From Mobula hypostoma (taxonomy: Eukaryota), in contig NC_086107.1 of NCBI RefSeq assembly GCF_963921235.1, positions 116,314,001-116,378,000 of the forward strand: a stretch of DNA of 64,000 nucleotides. Direction: 5' to 3'. The position numbers and the translations under genes are program-made. The notes under the pieces are model-generated. The model was not told the DNA's origin and did no database searches. It worked only from the letters and a program-made list of their open reading frames with translations. Positions 11,801-24,290 of the stretch are shown piece after piece; the first letter of the stretch is position 1; the number at the start of each line of letters is the position of its first letter.

Positions 11801-13760
11801 TCTCCTCATAAGACATGCTCCCCAAACCAGGCAGCATCCTGGTAAATCTCCTCTGTGCTCTCTTTAAAGCTTCCACCTCCTTCCTGTAATGAGATGACCA
11901 GAAATGAACACAGTATTCCAAGTGTGGTCTGACCAGGGTTTTATAGCGCTGTAACTCACAGCTCTTGAACTCAAACCCTCAACTAAAGGTAAACACACCA
12001 TACTCCTTCTCACCAACCCTATCAACTTGTGGACCCCAAGATTGCTCTGCTCCTCCACACTGCTAAGAATGCTGCCATTAACCCTGTCTTTTGCCTTCAA
12101 TTTTCACCTTCCAAAGTGAATCACTTCACACTTTTCTGGGTTAAACCCTATCTGCCATTTCTCAGGCCAGCTCTGCATCCTATTGTAATCTACGACAACT
12201 TTAACATGATCCACTGTTTCACCAACCTTCATGTCATCTCCAAACTTTCTAACCCACCCTTCCTCTTCCTCATCCAAGCCATTTATAAAAATCACAAAGA
12301 GCAGGGGTCCCAGAACAGGCAGAATGCACTCCATCAACACCCATTATCTGCCTTCCATAGACACAGCTCCTGACTACCTTGGGGAATCTTGTCAAACCCC
12401 TTACTAAAATCCACACACACATTTGGTGACTGGAGACCTCCTTCCCTTTTGCTTTATCCTTACTTTTCCAAGCTGTTGTACCTGCAATCCCCCATCCTCC
12501 TACTAGTTGGTTTAAAACCCAAATCCTATTCAAAGCTCTAGTTCTGTGATTTGCCAGGACCTTGGTCCCAGCATGGTTGAAAGGGAGCCCACCCCATCGG
12601 AACAAATCCTCCTTGCCAATCTTTGGGCTATGCTCTCTGAACCTTTGCCAATTGCATGTGGCTTGGGTAACAATCCAGAGACCTGCTGACTTCCTCCAGC
12701 ATTTTGAGTGTTAATCTAAAGATTATTACATTTTAATTTAGTACCTAGCTGATTAGGTTCCCTCAGCAGAACACAGGACATAGAAATCTACAGCACATCA
12801 CAGGCCCTTCGGTCCACAATGTTGTGCAGACCAAGTAACCTACTCTCGAAACTACCTAGAATTTCCTTACCGCATAGCCCTCCATTTTTCTAAGATTCAC
12901 GTAGCTATCTAAGTGTCTCTTCAAAGACCCTATTGTGTCCTATTTTTCCTGTTCTTCCTACATTGTCCGTAACACACAGACCATGGCAGCTGGATCTCTC
13001 CCCTCCCACTCCAAACTCCTCAGCAAGTCAGGTGAGTTGTCCCGAACCTGAACACCAGGGAGTCAAAACGGCCTTCAGGACTCTCGACCCTTGTGTCTGC
13101 ACCCTGACTATCCCCAATCTCCACTACATTTCTCTTCTGTCCCCCTGAACCCCCAGCGTGCCAGAGTTCGGCTGCTCATCTTTCCTACAGCCGCCTCTCT
13201 TACCCTCATGGGGAGCAACAATCTCAGACCTGTTGGCCAACCTCCGGGCCGCGTCTCCTCCCACACAGCTTCTGGAGTGCCCCGACCCGCCTTGCTCCAG
13301 TCACACCCTCGTCAGCCAGGCCACACACTGTTTCTGAGGTTCATCTAGTGGGTGTGTCTGCCTCCTGAAACGCAGTGTCCACATAACCCTCCCGATGCAC
13401 CGGGTGCCAGGTCATCAACTTTGGGCAAAGTTTGGCCCCCCCCACGCCGATCAGGGCCACGTGAAGCCACGGGAGCAGCCGGTGCAGATCACAAGTCCTG
13501 GTTACGCCACCGCTGACGCCAGGCAGACAGTCTCTGAAGAGTATTGGTAATGGCTGGGGTATGTCTTGTAAAGATACTGCCCAGAAGAAGGCAATGGCAA
13601 ACCACTTCTGCAGAAAACTTTGGCAAGAACAATCATTGTCATTGATAAACCATGATCGCCCATGTCATCACGAACGATTACAAAAATAAAGCCTTACCTG
13701 ATCTTACCTGCTACTCACCTGTGCCTCACTGCCAAAGCCTGAGACTCCATTGGTGGCCTT
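8875..13760 (-). mobile_element. Old, near full-length but decayed CR1 LINE interrupted by younger insertions
   Basis: RT remnants (LLGPILFILYVND, AKYEDDMKIGG) at ~9000-10300 and endonuclease-region remnants to ~11300. ORF1/5' remnants at 12530-13760 resemble 1-1110. Nested CR1 3' pieces at ~11360-12360 and ~12775-12935. Confidence 0.75.
13450..13675 (+). mobile_element. RTE-related SINE/LINE fragment
   Basis: Contains gaagaaggcaatggcaaaccacttc, resembling the conserved motif of RTE/BovB-associated elements. Confidence 0.45.
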
Positions 13761-13937
13761 GGCATCTTCTGTCCAGCTCCTCCTTCCCAGTTACCACCAT
13801 CCTAGCACCCGACCCTCCTCCCTCCCAGTTACCTCTATTTCTCTCTCCACATCCTTATCCCTCCGTCACTCCCTCTCCCTCCCCATCCAAAAGGAACGAA
13901 AATCCCGACGGCAGTGACTTTAACAAAAAGTGAAATG

Positions 13938-13943
13938 TTTATT
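13938..13943 (-). terminator. TAOK2: Polyadenylation signal AATAAA of TAOK2
   Basis: tttatt on + strand, about 270 nt downstream of the stop codon at 14212. Confidence 0.7.
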
Positions 13944-14211
13944 AAAAAAAAACTCAAATTACCAAAACGGTAAGGGGATAGGGGAGGGGAGAGGGGAGGG
14001 AGGAGTAAATGACCTCAAATGAAAAGTAACAAACAATAATAACTTACTGATGACCGGGGTGTAGTACAGAGTCTGATCCCCTCCCAAACCCATCGCTCTC
14101 TGTCCCCGTCCCTCCACAACGCCGAATGCCCCAGTCACTAGTGTTCTGTGAAGGTCTTTACGAGGAAGGTGGGAGAGAACAGAGGGTGTGGGGGTGGACA
14201 GAGACATCCCA

Positions 14212-16146
14212 TCAGGGGATCCACACAGCCGGACGCCTCTGCCCACCCCTGGGTACAGTGCTCTTCCCCCTCCCCCTCCCCCTGCAGCCCCCACCCCCCA
14301 CCCCCTTCCTGCCTCTCTCCCCCTGGGGCAGCAGCCGGGGGATGCGGCTGGGCCGGGGGCTGGGAGGGGTCTGCATTAGGCCGGCCCGGCGGGCCAAGGC
14401 AAGGAGGAGCAGGAGGAAGCGAGCGAGCAGCGATGGAGGAGAGGGGACTCGGGCGACCCCACCGACGCCCTCCCTGTGTCCCCGGCTCCGGCAGGGGAGG
14501 GGCAGCCGGCTGCCCCCTGGCACCCTCCCGGCCTTGGGGAAGAGGCTGAAGAGGCTGCTCTCACGCACCAGGCCACAGCGCTGGGCGGCGCGGAACACGG
14601 GGGCCGGCAGCCTCAGCAGCAGGCGCAGCCAGAGCCGTAGACCGTGCCGAGGCACAGGGGGCCGAGGCGGCGGAGGGAGTAGGGCGAGAGCGAGGAGGAG
14701 GGGGAGCAGAAGGAGTGAGGGGGAGGCGGAGCAAGCGGCCCACGTTAAGGTGCAGGCTGAGAGCAGCAGGCCTACAGGGAGCAGGAGGCGAGAGTTCAGC
14801 CGGAGGGAGCTGGGGACCAGCTGGTGGGAGAGGAGGAGTAGAGGGACGAGGAGGAGAAGAAGGGAGAGGGTGAGGGAGGAGGATGAGGTGGCCCAAGCCA
14901 GGGAAGAGGATGTGAGCAAGCCGAGGGGCAGGAGGGAATATTTCTGGGGCAGATGACCTGGGAAAAGCTGTAGGGCGAGGAGGAGGAGGCAGAAGAGAGC
15001 GAGGGCGAGTGAATAGGAGGAAGAGGCCCAGACCAAGGAACTGGCCGAGAGCAGCGTGAGGGTTAAGCCTCGGAGAAGGAGGCCATACTTCTGGGGAAAG
15101 AGGCCGGGGACAAGCTGGAGGGTGAGGAGGAGGAGGAGGAGGGCAAGTAAGATGAAGAGGAGTGGTGTGAGGGCGAGGGAGGAGGAGGCCCAGACCAGGC
15201 CGCACGATGTGAACAACAGCAGGAAAGCAGGAAGCCGTAGGCCGAAGCCAAGGAGGCCCAGGCTTCCCAGGACCCCGAGCAGGAGGCCAGGCCCCAGCCA
15301 GGAACCCAGGCTGAGTAGGAGGCGCAAGCAGCCCACAATGGCCAGGAGAGAGCCCAGGGCGGGTCGGTCCAGGGCCGGAGAGAGGAGGAGCAGCAGGGCA
15401 GCGAGGGAGGGCAGCAGGAGGAGGAGGGGTGGCCCAGCCCAGAGAAGGGCCAGCGGAGGGCCGAGGAGGAGGAGGGAGAGACGCTGGAGGGGCCGGGGGG
15501 GTGGGGAGGGGAGCAGAGAGGGGTCCTCAAGATCTGGGAGGACGAGGCCTTCCTCATATGGGTCGGAGGGAGGGGATGAGGAGGGAGGGGTTGTGGAGGG
15601 AGGGGAAGTGGAGGGGGATGGGGAGGATTGGAGCTCAAAGTAGGGCAGAGTGTCTGGAGAACCATCCCCCCTCCCTTGGACATTCTCTTCCGACCTTCCC
15701 GAGGGTGTCACCCCCAAATAGACCCTCTCCCTTCCCTCTTCCTCCTCTTCTGGGACACCCTCCTTCTCCCAAACAGCATCCCTTTCCTCTTGACCCTCAA
15801 CCACCTCCCCTGGGTCACCCTCCTTCTCCCAGACATCCACCCCTCCCTCCAGTCCTTCCTCCAACCCACTCGGGACCCCCTCCCTGCTCTCCCCGCCCTT
15901 TGGCCCCTGGCTGGACATCACCAGCACCCTCTCCACCCCCTCAGGTGGGGCCCCCTGGCAGAGAGAAAGGTGTTGGTCGCTGGGCTGGGTTGGAATGAAG
16001 TCCTGATGCCTCGGCTCTGTTGAACGATCTGAGGGGAGCTGGACAGCGCTCCCCGTGCCTGTTCTCCACTCCTGCCCCACCACCTCGTCCTCCCGTAGCA
16101 GAGAACAGCTTTCCAGGGAGTCTGGCCGTTGGGAAGTGTTCGACTC
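14212..16146 (-). CDS. TAOK2: TAOK2 terminal (alpha-type) coding exon: acidic linker, multi-pass hydrophobic region, basic tail
   Basis: Acceptor tctcctctcttcccaccacag (16147-16148) is in frame with ORF 14212-16083. RLWLRLLLRLPAPVFRAAQRCGLVRESSLFSLFPK, GSRLPLP and PSRIPRLLP match the C-terminus specific to TAOK2-alpha. Confidence 0.88.
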   Translation of the reverse strand, partial: ESNTSQRPDSLESCSLLREDEVVGQEWRTGTGSAVQLPSDRSTEPRHQDFIPTQPSDQHLSLCQGAPPEGVERVLVMSSQGPKGGESREGVPSGLEEGLEGGVDVWEKEGDPGEVVEGQEERDAVWEKEGVPEEEEEGRERVYLGVTPSGRSEENVQGRGDGSPDTLPYFELQSSPSPSTSPPSTTPPSSSPPSDPYEEGLVLPDLEDPSLLPSPPPRPLQRLSLLLLGPPLALLWAGPPLLLLLPSLAALLLLLSPALDRPALGSLLAIVGCLRLLLSLGSWLGPGLLLGVLGSLGLLGFGLRLPAFLLLFTSCGLVWASSSLALTPLLFILLALLLLLLTLQLVPGLFPQKYGLLLRGLTLTLLSASSLVWASSSYSLALALFCLLLLALQLFPGHLPQKYSLLPLGLLTSSSLAWATSSSSLTLSLLLLLVPLLLLSHQLVPSSLRLNSRLLLPVGLLLSACTLTWAACSASPSLLLLPLLLALALLPPPPRPPVPRHGLRLWLRLLLRLPAPVFRAAQRCGLVRESSLFSLFPKAGRVPGGSRLPLPCRSRGHREGVGGVARVPSPPSLLARFLLLLLALARRAGLMQTPPSPRPSRIPRLLPQGERGRKGVGGGGCRGRGRGKSTVPRGGQRRPAVWIP

Positions 16147-16354
16147 CTGTGGTGGGAAGAGAGGAGAGGGAGGTAGGAGAGAGAGGAGGGGTGAGGTTAG
16201 AGGGGATGGGGAGTGAGTGACATGATAAGGGGAGAAGCTGACAGTGTGTTCACTCCAGGTACCAGTTTACCCCAATACTCCCAACCCGTCCCTCACCTCT
16301 TCGCCATCATGAAACTTAACAGCCACAAATACTCTTCATCCATTCTCTCACTGT

Positions 16355-19300
16355 TAATCGACAATCCCCTTCACTCCTTCCTGTCCGACCAACAATCCCC
16401 TCCCCTCCAAACCTCTCCCTCCCCTCTGTCCGACCAACAATCCCCTCCCCTCCGAACCTCTCCCTCCCCTCTGTCCGACCAACAATCCCCTCCCCTCCGA
16501 ACCTCTCCCACCCCTCTGTCCGACCAACAATCCCCTCCCTCCCTTCTGTCCAACAGTCCTGTCCACTCCAAACCTCTCCCTCCCTTCTGGCCGACCAACA
16601 ATCCCCTCCAAACCTCTCCCTCCCCTCTGTCCAACAATCCCCTCCCCTCGGAACATCTCCCTCCCCTCTGTCCGACCAACAATCCCCTCCCCTCCGAACC
16701 TCTCCCTCCCCTCTGTCCGACCAACAATCCCCTCCCCTCCGAACCTCTCCCACCCCTCTGTCCGACCAACAATCCCCTCCCTCCCTTCTGTCCAACAGTC
16801 CTGTCCACTCCAAACCTCTCCCTCCCTTCTGGCCGACCAACAATCCCCTCCAAACCTCTCCCTCCCCTCTGTCCAACAATCCCCTCCCCTCGGAACATCT
16901 CCCTCCCCTCTGTCCGACCAACAATCCCCTCCCCTCCAAACCTCTCCCTCCCCTCTGTCCAACAATCCCCTCCCCTCGGAACATCTCCCTCCCCTCTGTC
17001 CGACCAACAATCCCCTCCCCTCCAAACCTCTCCCTCCCCTCTGTCCAACAATCCCCTCCCCTCGGAACATCTCCCTCCCCTCTGTCCAACAATCCCCTCC
17101 CCTCGGAACATCTCCCTCCCCTCTGTCCGACCAACAATCCCCTCCCCTCGGAACATCTCCCTCCCCTCTGTCGGACCAACAATCCCCTCCCCTCCAAACC
17201 TCTCCTTCCCTTCTGGCCGACCAACAATCCCCTCCAAACCTCTCCCTCCCTTCTGTCCGACCAACAATCCCCTCCAAACCCCTCTCCCTCCCTTCTGTCC
17301 GACCAACAATCCTCTCCAAACCTCTCCCTCCCCTCTGTCCAACAATCCCCTCCCCTCGGAACATCTCCCTCCCCTCTGTCCAACAATCCCCTCCCCTCGG
17401 AACATCTCCCTCCCCTCTGTCCAACAATCCCCTCCCCTCGGAACATCTCCCTCCCCTCTGTCCGACCAACAATCCCCTCCCCTCGGAACATCTCCCTCCC
17501 CTCTGTCGGACCAACAATCCCCTCCCCTCCAAACCTCTCCTTCCCTTCTGGCCGACCAACAATCCCCTCCAAACCTCTCCCTCCCTTCTGTCCGACCAAC
17601 AATCCCCTCCAAACCTCTCCCTCCCTTCTGTCCGACCAACAATCCTCTCCAAACCTCTCCCTCCCCTCTGTCCAACAATCCCCTCCCCTCGGAACATCTC
17701 CCTCCCCTCTGTCCGACCAACAATCCCCTCCCCTCCAAACCTCTCCCTCCCCTCTGTCCGACCAACAATCCCCTCCCCTCCAAACCTCTCCCTCCCCTCT
17801 GTCCGACCAACAATCCCCTCCCCTCCAAACCTCTCCCTCCCTTCTGTCCGACCAACAATCCCCTCCCCTCCAAACCTCTCCTTCCCCTCTGTCCAACAAT
17901 TCCCTCCCCTCCGAACATCTCCCTCCCCTCTGTCCGACCAACAATCCCCTCCCCTCCAAACCTCTCCCTCCCTTCTGTCCGACCAACAATCCCCTCCAAA
18001 CCTCTCCCTCCCCTCTGTCCGACCAACAATCCCCTCCCCTCCAAACCTCTCCTTCCACTCTGTCCAACAATTCCCTCCCCTCCGAACATCTCCCTCCCCT
18101 CTGTCCGACCAACAATCCCCTCCCGTCCAAACCTCTCCGTCCCTTCTGTCCGACCAACAACCCCCTCCAAACCTCTCCCTCCTTTCTGGCCGACCAACAA
18201 TCCCCTCCAAACCTCTCCCTCCCCTCTGTCCGACCAACAATGCCCTCCCCTCCAAACCTCTCCCTCCCTTCTGTCCGACCAAAAATTCCCTCCCCTCCAA
18301 ACCTCTCCCTCCCCTCTGTCCGACCAACAATCCCCTCCCCTCCGATCCTCTCCCTCCCCTCTGTCCGACCAACAATCCCCTCCCCTCCAAACCTCTCCCT
18401 CCCTTCTGTCCGACCAACAATCCCCTCCCCTCCAAACCTCTCCCTCCCCTCCAAACCTCTCCCTCCCTTCTGTCCGACCAACAATCCCCTCCAAACCTCT
18501 CCCTCCCCTCTGTCCGACCAACAATCCCCTCCCCTCCAAACCTCTCCCTCCCTTGTCCGAACAACAATCCCTTCCCCTCCGAACCTCTCCCTCCCCTGTC
18601 CGACCAACAATCCCCTCCCCTCCCAACCTCTCCCTCCCCTCTGTCCGACCAACAATCCCCTCCCCTCCGAACCTCTCCCACCTCTCTGTCCGACCAACAA
18701 TCCCCTCCCTCCCTTCTGTCCAACAGTCCTGTCCCCTCCGAACCTCTCCCTCCCCTCTGTCCAACAATCCCCTCCCCTCCGAACCTCTCCCTTCCCTCTG
18801 TCCGACCAACAATCCCCTCCCCTCCAAACCTCTCCTTCCCTCCTGTCCGACCAACAATCCCCTCCGAACCTCTCCCTCCCTTCTGTCCGACCAACAATCC
18901 CCTCCCTTCCAAACTTCTCCCTCCCTTCTGTCCAACAGTCCTGTCCCCTCCAAACCTCTCCCTCCCTTCTGTCCGACCAACAATTCCCTCCCCTCCAAAC
19001 CGCTCCCTCCCTTCTGTCCGACCAACAATCCACTCCCCTCCAAACCTCTCCCTCCCTTCTGTCTGACCAACAATCCCCTCCAAACCTCTCCCTCCCTTCT
19101 GTCCGACCAACAATCCCCTCCCCTCCGAACCTCTCGTTCTCCTCTGTCCGACCAACAATCCCCTCCAAACCTCTCCCTCCCCTCTGTCCGACCAACAATT
19201 CCCTCCCCTCCAAACCTCTCCCTCCCTACTGTCCGACCAACAATCCCCTCCCCTCCAAACCTCTCCCTCCCTTCTGTACGACCAACAATCCCCTCCAAAC

Positions 19301-19360
19301 CTCTCCCTCCCCTCTGTCCGACCAATAATTCCCTCTCCTCCGAACCTCTCCCTTCTGTCC
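16355..19360. repeat. Compound pyrimidine-rich minisatellite filling the last TAOK2 intron
   Basis: Shuffled modules ccgaccaacaatcccctcccct / ccaaacctctccctcccctctgt over about 3 kb. Confidence 0.95.
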
Positions 19361-19546
19361 TTCCTAGGAACGGGGTGAGACAGTGAAGGGAGAGAGGGGA
19401 GAGAGAAGGGGGAGAGAGAATGCGGAGGTGGGAGAGAGAAATGGTGAGGGGGAAGACAGTGAATGGAGAGGGGGGGAGAGAGTGAAGGGGAGAGGAGAGA
19501 GGGGACGGAGACGCTGGAGGTGAAATGAGGAGTGAGGCTCACTTAC

Positions 19547-19720
19547 CGTCTGGCACTGGGTGACGACACTGTCATTGTGCGCTGTGATCTCGTCTGCCTG
19601 CGGTCCCACATCTGAGCTTTGGTCCCAGCCTTGGGTCAGACTGCTGAGGCTGCTGTCAACATCGGGGCTGTCCTTCATGCTGGTCATCGTGTCTGACTGT
19701 CCCGCGCAGGGGTCCGGCTC
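19547..19720 (-). CDS. TAOK2: TAOK2 coding exon 10 (Ser-rich, EPDPCAG...VVTQCQT)
   Basis: AG acceptor 19721-19722, donor gtaagt 19546-19541, 174 nt, phase 0/0; positionally equivalent to the Ser-rich exon of TAOKs. Confidence 0.75.
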
Positions 19721-19966
19721 CTGGGGGAGGAACACACGAGTAAGCAACATGCTGGGGAGGTGCAGAGAATACACACACATCCTCAGCCTCCCACCCTTCC
19801 GGCTTCTTCACCTCTCTCTCCTCTTCTTCTGCCTCACATATCCCCTTCCCTCATCCTTACAAAACCCCTGCCCCACGCACCAATCTTCCTCCCTCCCTCT
19901 CTACTTGCAACACCCTCCCTCCCAGCAGATGCTCCCTGCCCCATTACGGCCAGTTCCCAGCCCCAC

Positions 19967-20146
19967 CTCGTCCTCCTCGTCTTCCTCCTCCTCCTCTTCC
20001 TCCTCGGGGGTGTCGGGCACGTCCTGGAACAGCAGCTTCTTCAGCCTCCGGTGTTCGGGAGTCTCCATCTCCCTCACTGCAGCCTTGGTTCTCTGCAGCA
20101 GCTCCTCGATCACAGACAGGGGCCGCTCCCTCTCTACGAAGATGTG
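19967..20146 (-). CDS. TAOK2: TAOK2 coding exon 9 (HIFVERERPLSVIEELLQRTKAAVRE...EEDE)
   Basis: Homologous to TAOK HxFVxRERPxxVIxDLIQRTKDAVRE; AG/GT boundaries; 180 nt. Confidence 0.9.
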
Positions 20147-20399
20147 CTGCGGGAGAGACACTGGGACGTGAGACTCACACGTAAACCCCCACCCTCACAC
20201 CTTCACAACCCGCCTGTGGGAAGAGGTTCGAGGGGCAGACAGAGGCGAGAGCGAGAGGATGACAGAACGGAGGTGGAAGAGAAGGGGGGAAGGAGGAGAA
20301 GGAAAGGATGGTGGAGGGAGAAGGTGGAGACGGTTGAGAATGGGGTTGAGGGATTTGAAGACGAGGCGGAGGGGGGAGGGGGTAGGGTGAGGGGGGAGG

Positions 20400-23300
20400 G
20401 TGAGGACGAGGCGGAGGGGGCGAGGGCGAGGAGGGGGCGGGGGCGAGGCGGCGGGGGTGAGGACGGGGACGAGGCGGCGGGGGTGAGGACGGGGACGAGG
20501 CGGAGGGGGTGAGGACGGGGACGAGGCGGACGGGGTGAGGACGGGGACGAGGCGGAGGGGGTGAGGACGGGGACGAGGCGGAGGGGGTGAGGACGGGGAC
20601 GAGGCGGAGGGGGTGAGGACGGGGACGAGGCGGAGGGGGTGAGGACGAGGCGGAGGGGGTGAGGACGAGGCGGAGGGGGTGAGGACGTGGCGGAGGGGGT
20701 GACGTGGCGGAGGGGGTGAGGACGTGGCGGAGGGGTGAGGACGAGGCGGAGGGGGTGAGGACGAGGCGGAGGGGGTGAGGACGAGGCGGAGGGGGTGAGG
20801 ACGAGGCGGAGGGGGTGAGGACGAGGCGGAGGGGGGTGAGGACGAGGCGGAGGGGGTGAGGACGAGGCGGAGGGGGTGAGGACGAGGCGGAGGGGGTGAG
20901 GACGAGGACGAGGCGGAGGGGGTGAGGACGAGGACGAGGCGGAGGGGGTGAGGACGAGGACGAGGCGGAGGGGGTGAGGACGAGGACGAGGCGGAGGGGG
21001 TGAGGACGAGGACGAGGCGGAGGGGGTGAGGACGAGGACGAGGCGGAGGGGGTGAGGACGAGGACGAGGCGGAGGGGGTGAGGACGAGGACGAGGCGGAG
21101 GGGGTGAGGACGAGGACGAGGCGGAGGGGGTGAGGACGAGGACGAGGCGGAGGGGGTGAGGACGAGGACGAGGCGGAGGGGGTGAGGACGAGGACGAGGC
21201 GGAGGGGGTGAGGACGAGGACGAGGCGGAGGGGGTGAGGACGAGGACGAGGCGGAGGGGGTGAGGACGAGGACGAGGCGGAGGGGGTGAGGACGAGGACG
21301 AGGCGGAGGGGGTGAGGACGAGGACGAGGCGGAGGGGGTGAGGACGAGGACGAGGCGGAGGGGGTGAGGACGAGGACGAGGCGGAGGGGGTGAGGACGAG
21401 GACGAGGCGGAGGGGGTGAGGACGAGGACGAGGCGGAGGGGGTGAGGACGAGGACGAGGCGGAGGGGGTGAGGACGAGGACGAGGCGGAGGGGGTGAGGA
21501 CGAGGACGAGGCGGAGGGGGTGAGGACGAGGACGAGGCGGAGGGGGTGAGGACGAGGACGAGGCGGAGGGGGTGAGGACGAGGACGAGGCGGAGGGGGTG
21601 AGGACGAGGACGAGGCGGAGGGGGTGAGGACGAGGACGAGGCGGAGGGGGTGAGGACGAGGACGAGGCGGAGGGGGTGAGGACGAGGACGAGGCGGAGGG
21701 GGTGAGGACGAGGACGAGGCGGAGGGGGTGAGGACGAGGACGAGGCGGAGGGGGTGAGGACGAGGACGAGGCGGAGGGGGTGAGGACGAGGACGAGGCGG
21801 AGGGGGTGAGGACGAGGACGAGGCGGAGGGGGTGAGGACGAGGACGAGGCGGAGGGGGTGAGGACGAGGACGAGGCGGAGGGGGTGAGGACGAGGACGAG
21901 GCGGAGGGGGTGAGGACGAGGACGAGGCGGAGGGGGTGAGGACGAGGACGAGGCGGAGGGGGTGAGGACGAGGACGAGGCGGAGGGGGTGAGGACGAGGA
22001 CGAGGCGGAGGGGGTGAGGACGAGGACGAGGCGGAGGGGGTGAGGACGAGGACGAGGCGGAGGGGGTGAGGACGAGGACGAGGCGGAGGGGGTGAGGACG
22101 AGGACGAGGCGGAGGGGGTGAGGACGAGGACGAGGCGGAGGGGGTGAGGACGAGGACGAGGCGGAGGGGGTGAGGACGAGGACGAGGCGGAGGGGGTGAG
22201 GACGAGGACGAGGCGGAGGGGGTGAGGACGAGGACGAGGCGGAGGGGGTGAGGACGAGGACGAGGCGGAGGGGGTGAGGACGAGGACGAGGCGGAGGGGG
22301 TGAGGACGAGGACGAGGCGGAGGGGGTGAGGACGAGGACGAGGCGGAGGGGGTGAGGACGAGGACGAGGCGGAGGGGGTGAGGACGAGGACGAGGCGGAG
22401 GGGGTGAGGACGAGGACGAGGCGGAGGGGGTGAGGACGAGGACGAGGCGGAGGGGGTGAGGACGAGGACGAGGCGGAGGGGGTGAGGACGAGGACGAGGC
22501 GGAGGGGGTGAGGACGAGGACGAGGCGGAGGGGGTGAGGACGAGGACGAGGCGGAGGGGGTGAGGACGAGGACGAGGCGGAGGGGGTGAGGACGAGGACG
22601 AGGCGGAGGGGGTGAGGACGAGGACGAGGCGGAGGGGGTGAGGACGAGGACGAGGCGGAGGGGGTGAGGACGAGGACGAGGCGGAGGGGGTGAGGACGAG
22701 GACGAGGCGGAGGGGGTGAGGACGAGGACGAGGCGGAGGGGGTGAGGACGAGGACGAGGCGGAGGGGGTGAGGACGAGGACGAGGCGGAGGGGGTGAGGA
22801 CGAGGACGAGGCGGAGGGGGTGAGGACGAGGACGAGGCGGAGGGGGTGAGGACGAGGACGAGGCGGAGGGGGTGAGGACGAGGACGAGGCGGAGGGGGTG
22901 AGGACGAGGACGAGGCGGAGGGGGTGAGGACGAGGACGAGGCGGAGGGGGTGAGGACGAGGACGAGGCGGAGGGGGTGAGGACGAGGACGAGGCGGAGGG
23001 GGTGAGGACGAGGACGAGGCGGAGGGGGTGAGGACGAGGACGAGGCGGAGGGGGTGAGGACGAGGACGAGGCGGAGGGGGTGAGGACGAGGACGAGGCGG
23101 AGGGGGTGAGGACGAGGACGAGGCGGAGGGGGTGAGGACGAGGACGAGGCGGAGGGGGTGAGGACGAGGACGAGGCGGAGGGGGTGAGGACGAGGACGAG
23201 GCGGAGGGGGTGAGGACGAGGACGAGGCGGAGGGGGTGAGGACGAGGACGAGGCGGAGGGGGTGAGGACGAGGACGAGGCGGAGGGGGTGAGGACGAGGA

Positions 23301-24290
23301 CGAGGCGGAGGGGGTGAGGACGAGGACGAGGCGGAGGGGGTGAGGACGAGGCGGAGGGGGTGAGGACGAGGACGAGGCGGAGGGGGTGAGGCGGAGGGGG
23401 TGAGGGTGAGGCGGAGGGGGTGAGGGTGAGGCGGAGGGGGTGAGGACGAGGACGAGGCGGAGGGGGTGAGGCGGAGGGGGTGAGGGTGAGGCGGAGGGGG
23501 TGAGGACGTGGCGGAGGGGGTGAGGACGAGGCGGAGGGGGTGAGGACGAGGCGGAGGGGGTGAGGACGAGGGGGAGGGGACGAGGACGAGGCGGAGGGGG
23601 TGAGGACGAGGCGGAAGGGGTGAGGGTGAGGCGGAAGGGGTGAGGGTGAGGACGAGGTGGAGGGGGAGAGGGTGAGGACGAGTCGGAGGGGGTGAGGACG
23701 AGGCGGAGGGGGTGAGGACGAGGCGGAGGGAGTGAGGACGAGGCGGAGGGAGTGAGGACGAGGCGGAGGGAGTGAGGACGAGGCGGAGGGAGTGAGGGTG
23801 AGGCGGAGGGGTGAGGACGAGTCGGAGGGGGTGAGGACGAGTCGGAGGGGGTGAGGACGAGTCGGAGGGGGTGAGGGTGAGGACGAGGCGGAGGGGGTGA
23901 GGACGAGGCGGAGGGGGTGAGGACGAACGGAGGGGGTGAGGACGAGGCGGAGGGGGTGAGGACGAGGCGGAGGGGGTGAGGACGAGGCGGAGGGGGTGAG
24001 GACGAGGCGGAGGGGGTGAGGACGAGGCGGAGGGGGTGAGGACGAGGTGGAGGGAGTGAGGGTGAGGCGGAGGGGGTGAGGACGAGGCGGAGGGGCTGAG
24101 GACGAGGTGGAGGGGGTGAGGACGAAGCGGAGGGGGTGAGGACGAGGCAGAGGCGGAGGGGGTGAGGACGAGGCAGAGGCGGAGGGTTGAGGACGAGGCG
24201 GAGGGGGTGAGGTCGAGGCGGAGGGGGTGAGGACGAGGCGGAGGGGGTGAGGGTGAGGCGGAGGGGGTGAGGGTGAGGCGGAGGGGTTCA
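20400..24290. repeat. 26-bp (core) and 20-bp (flank) purine-rich minisatellite
   Basis: (gaggacgaggacgaggcggagggggt)n is near-perfect over ~20900-23340, with variant units on both flanks. Confidence 0.97.

Noticed and set aside
16213..19542. ~1000-aa ORFs on both strands
   Set aside because: Translations of a stop-poor minisatellite within a TAOK2 intron; open in several frames with no domain content.
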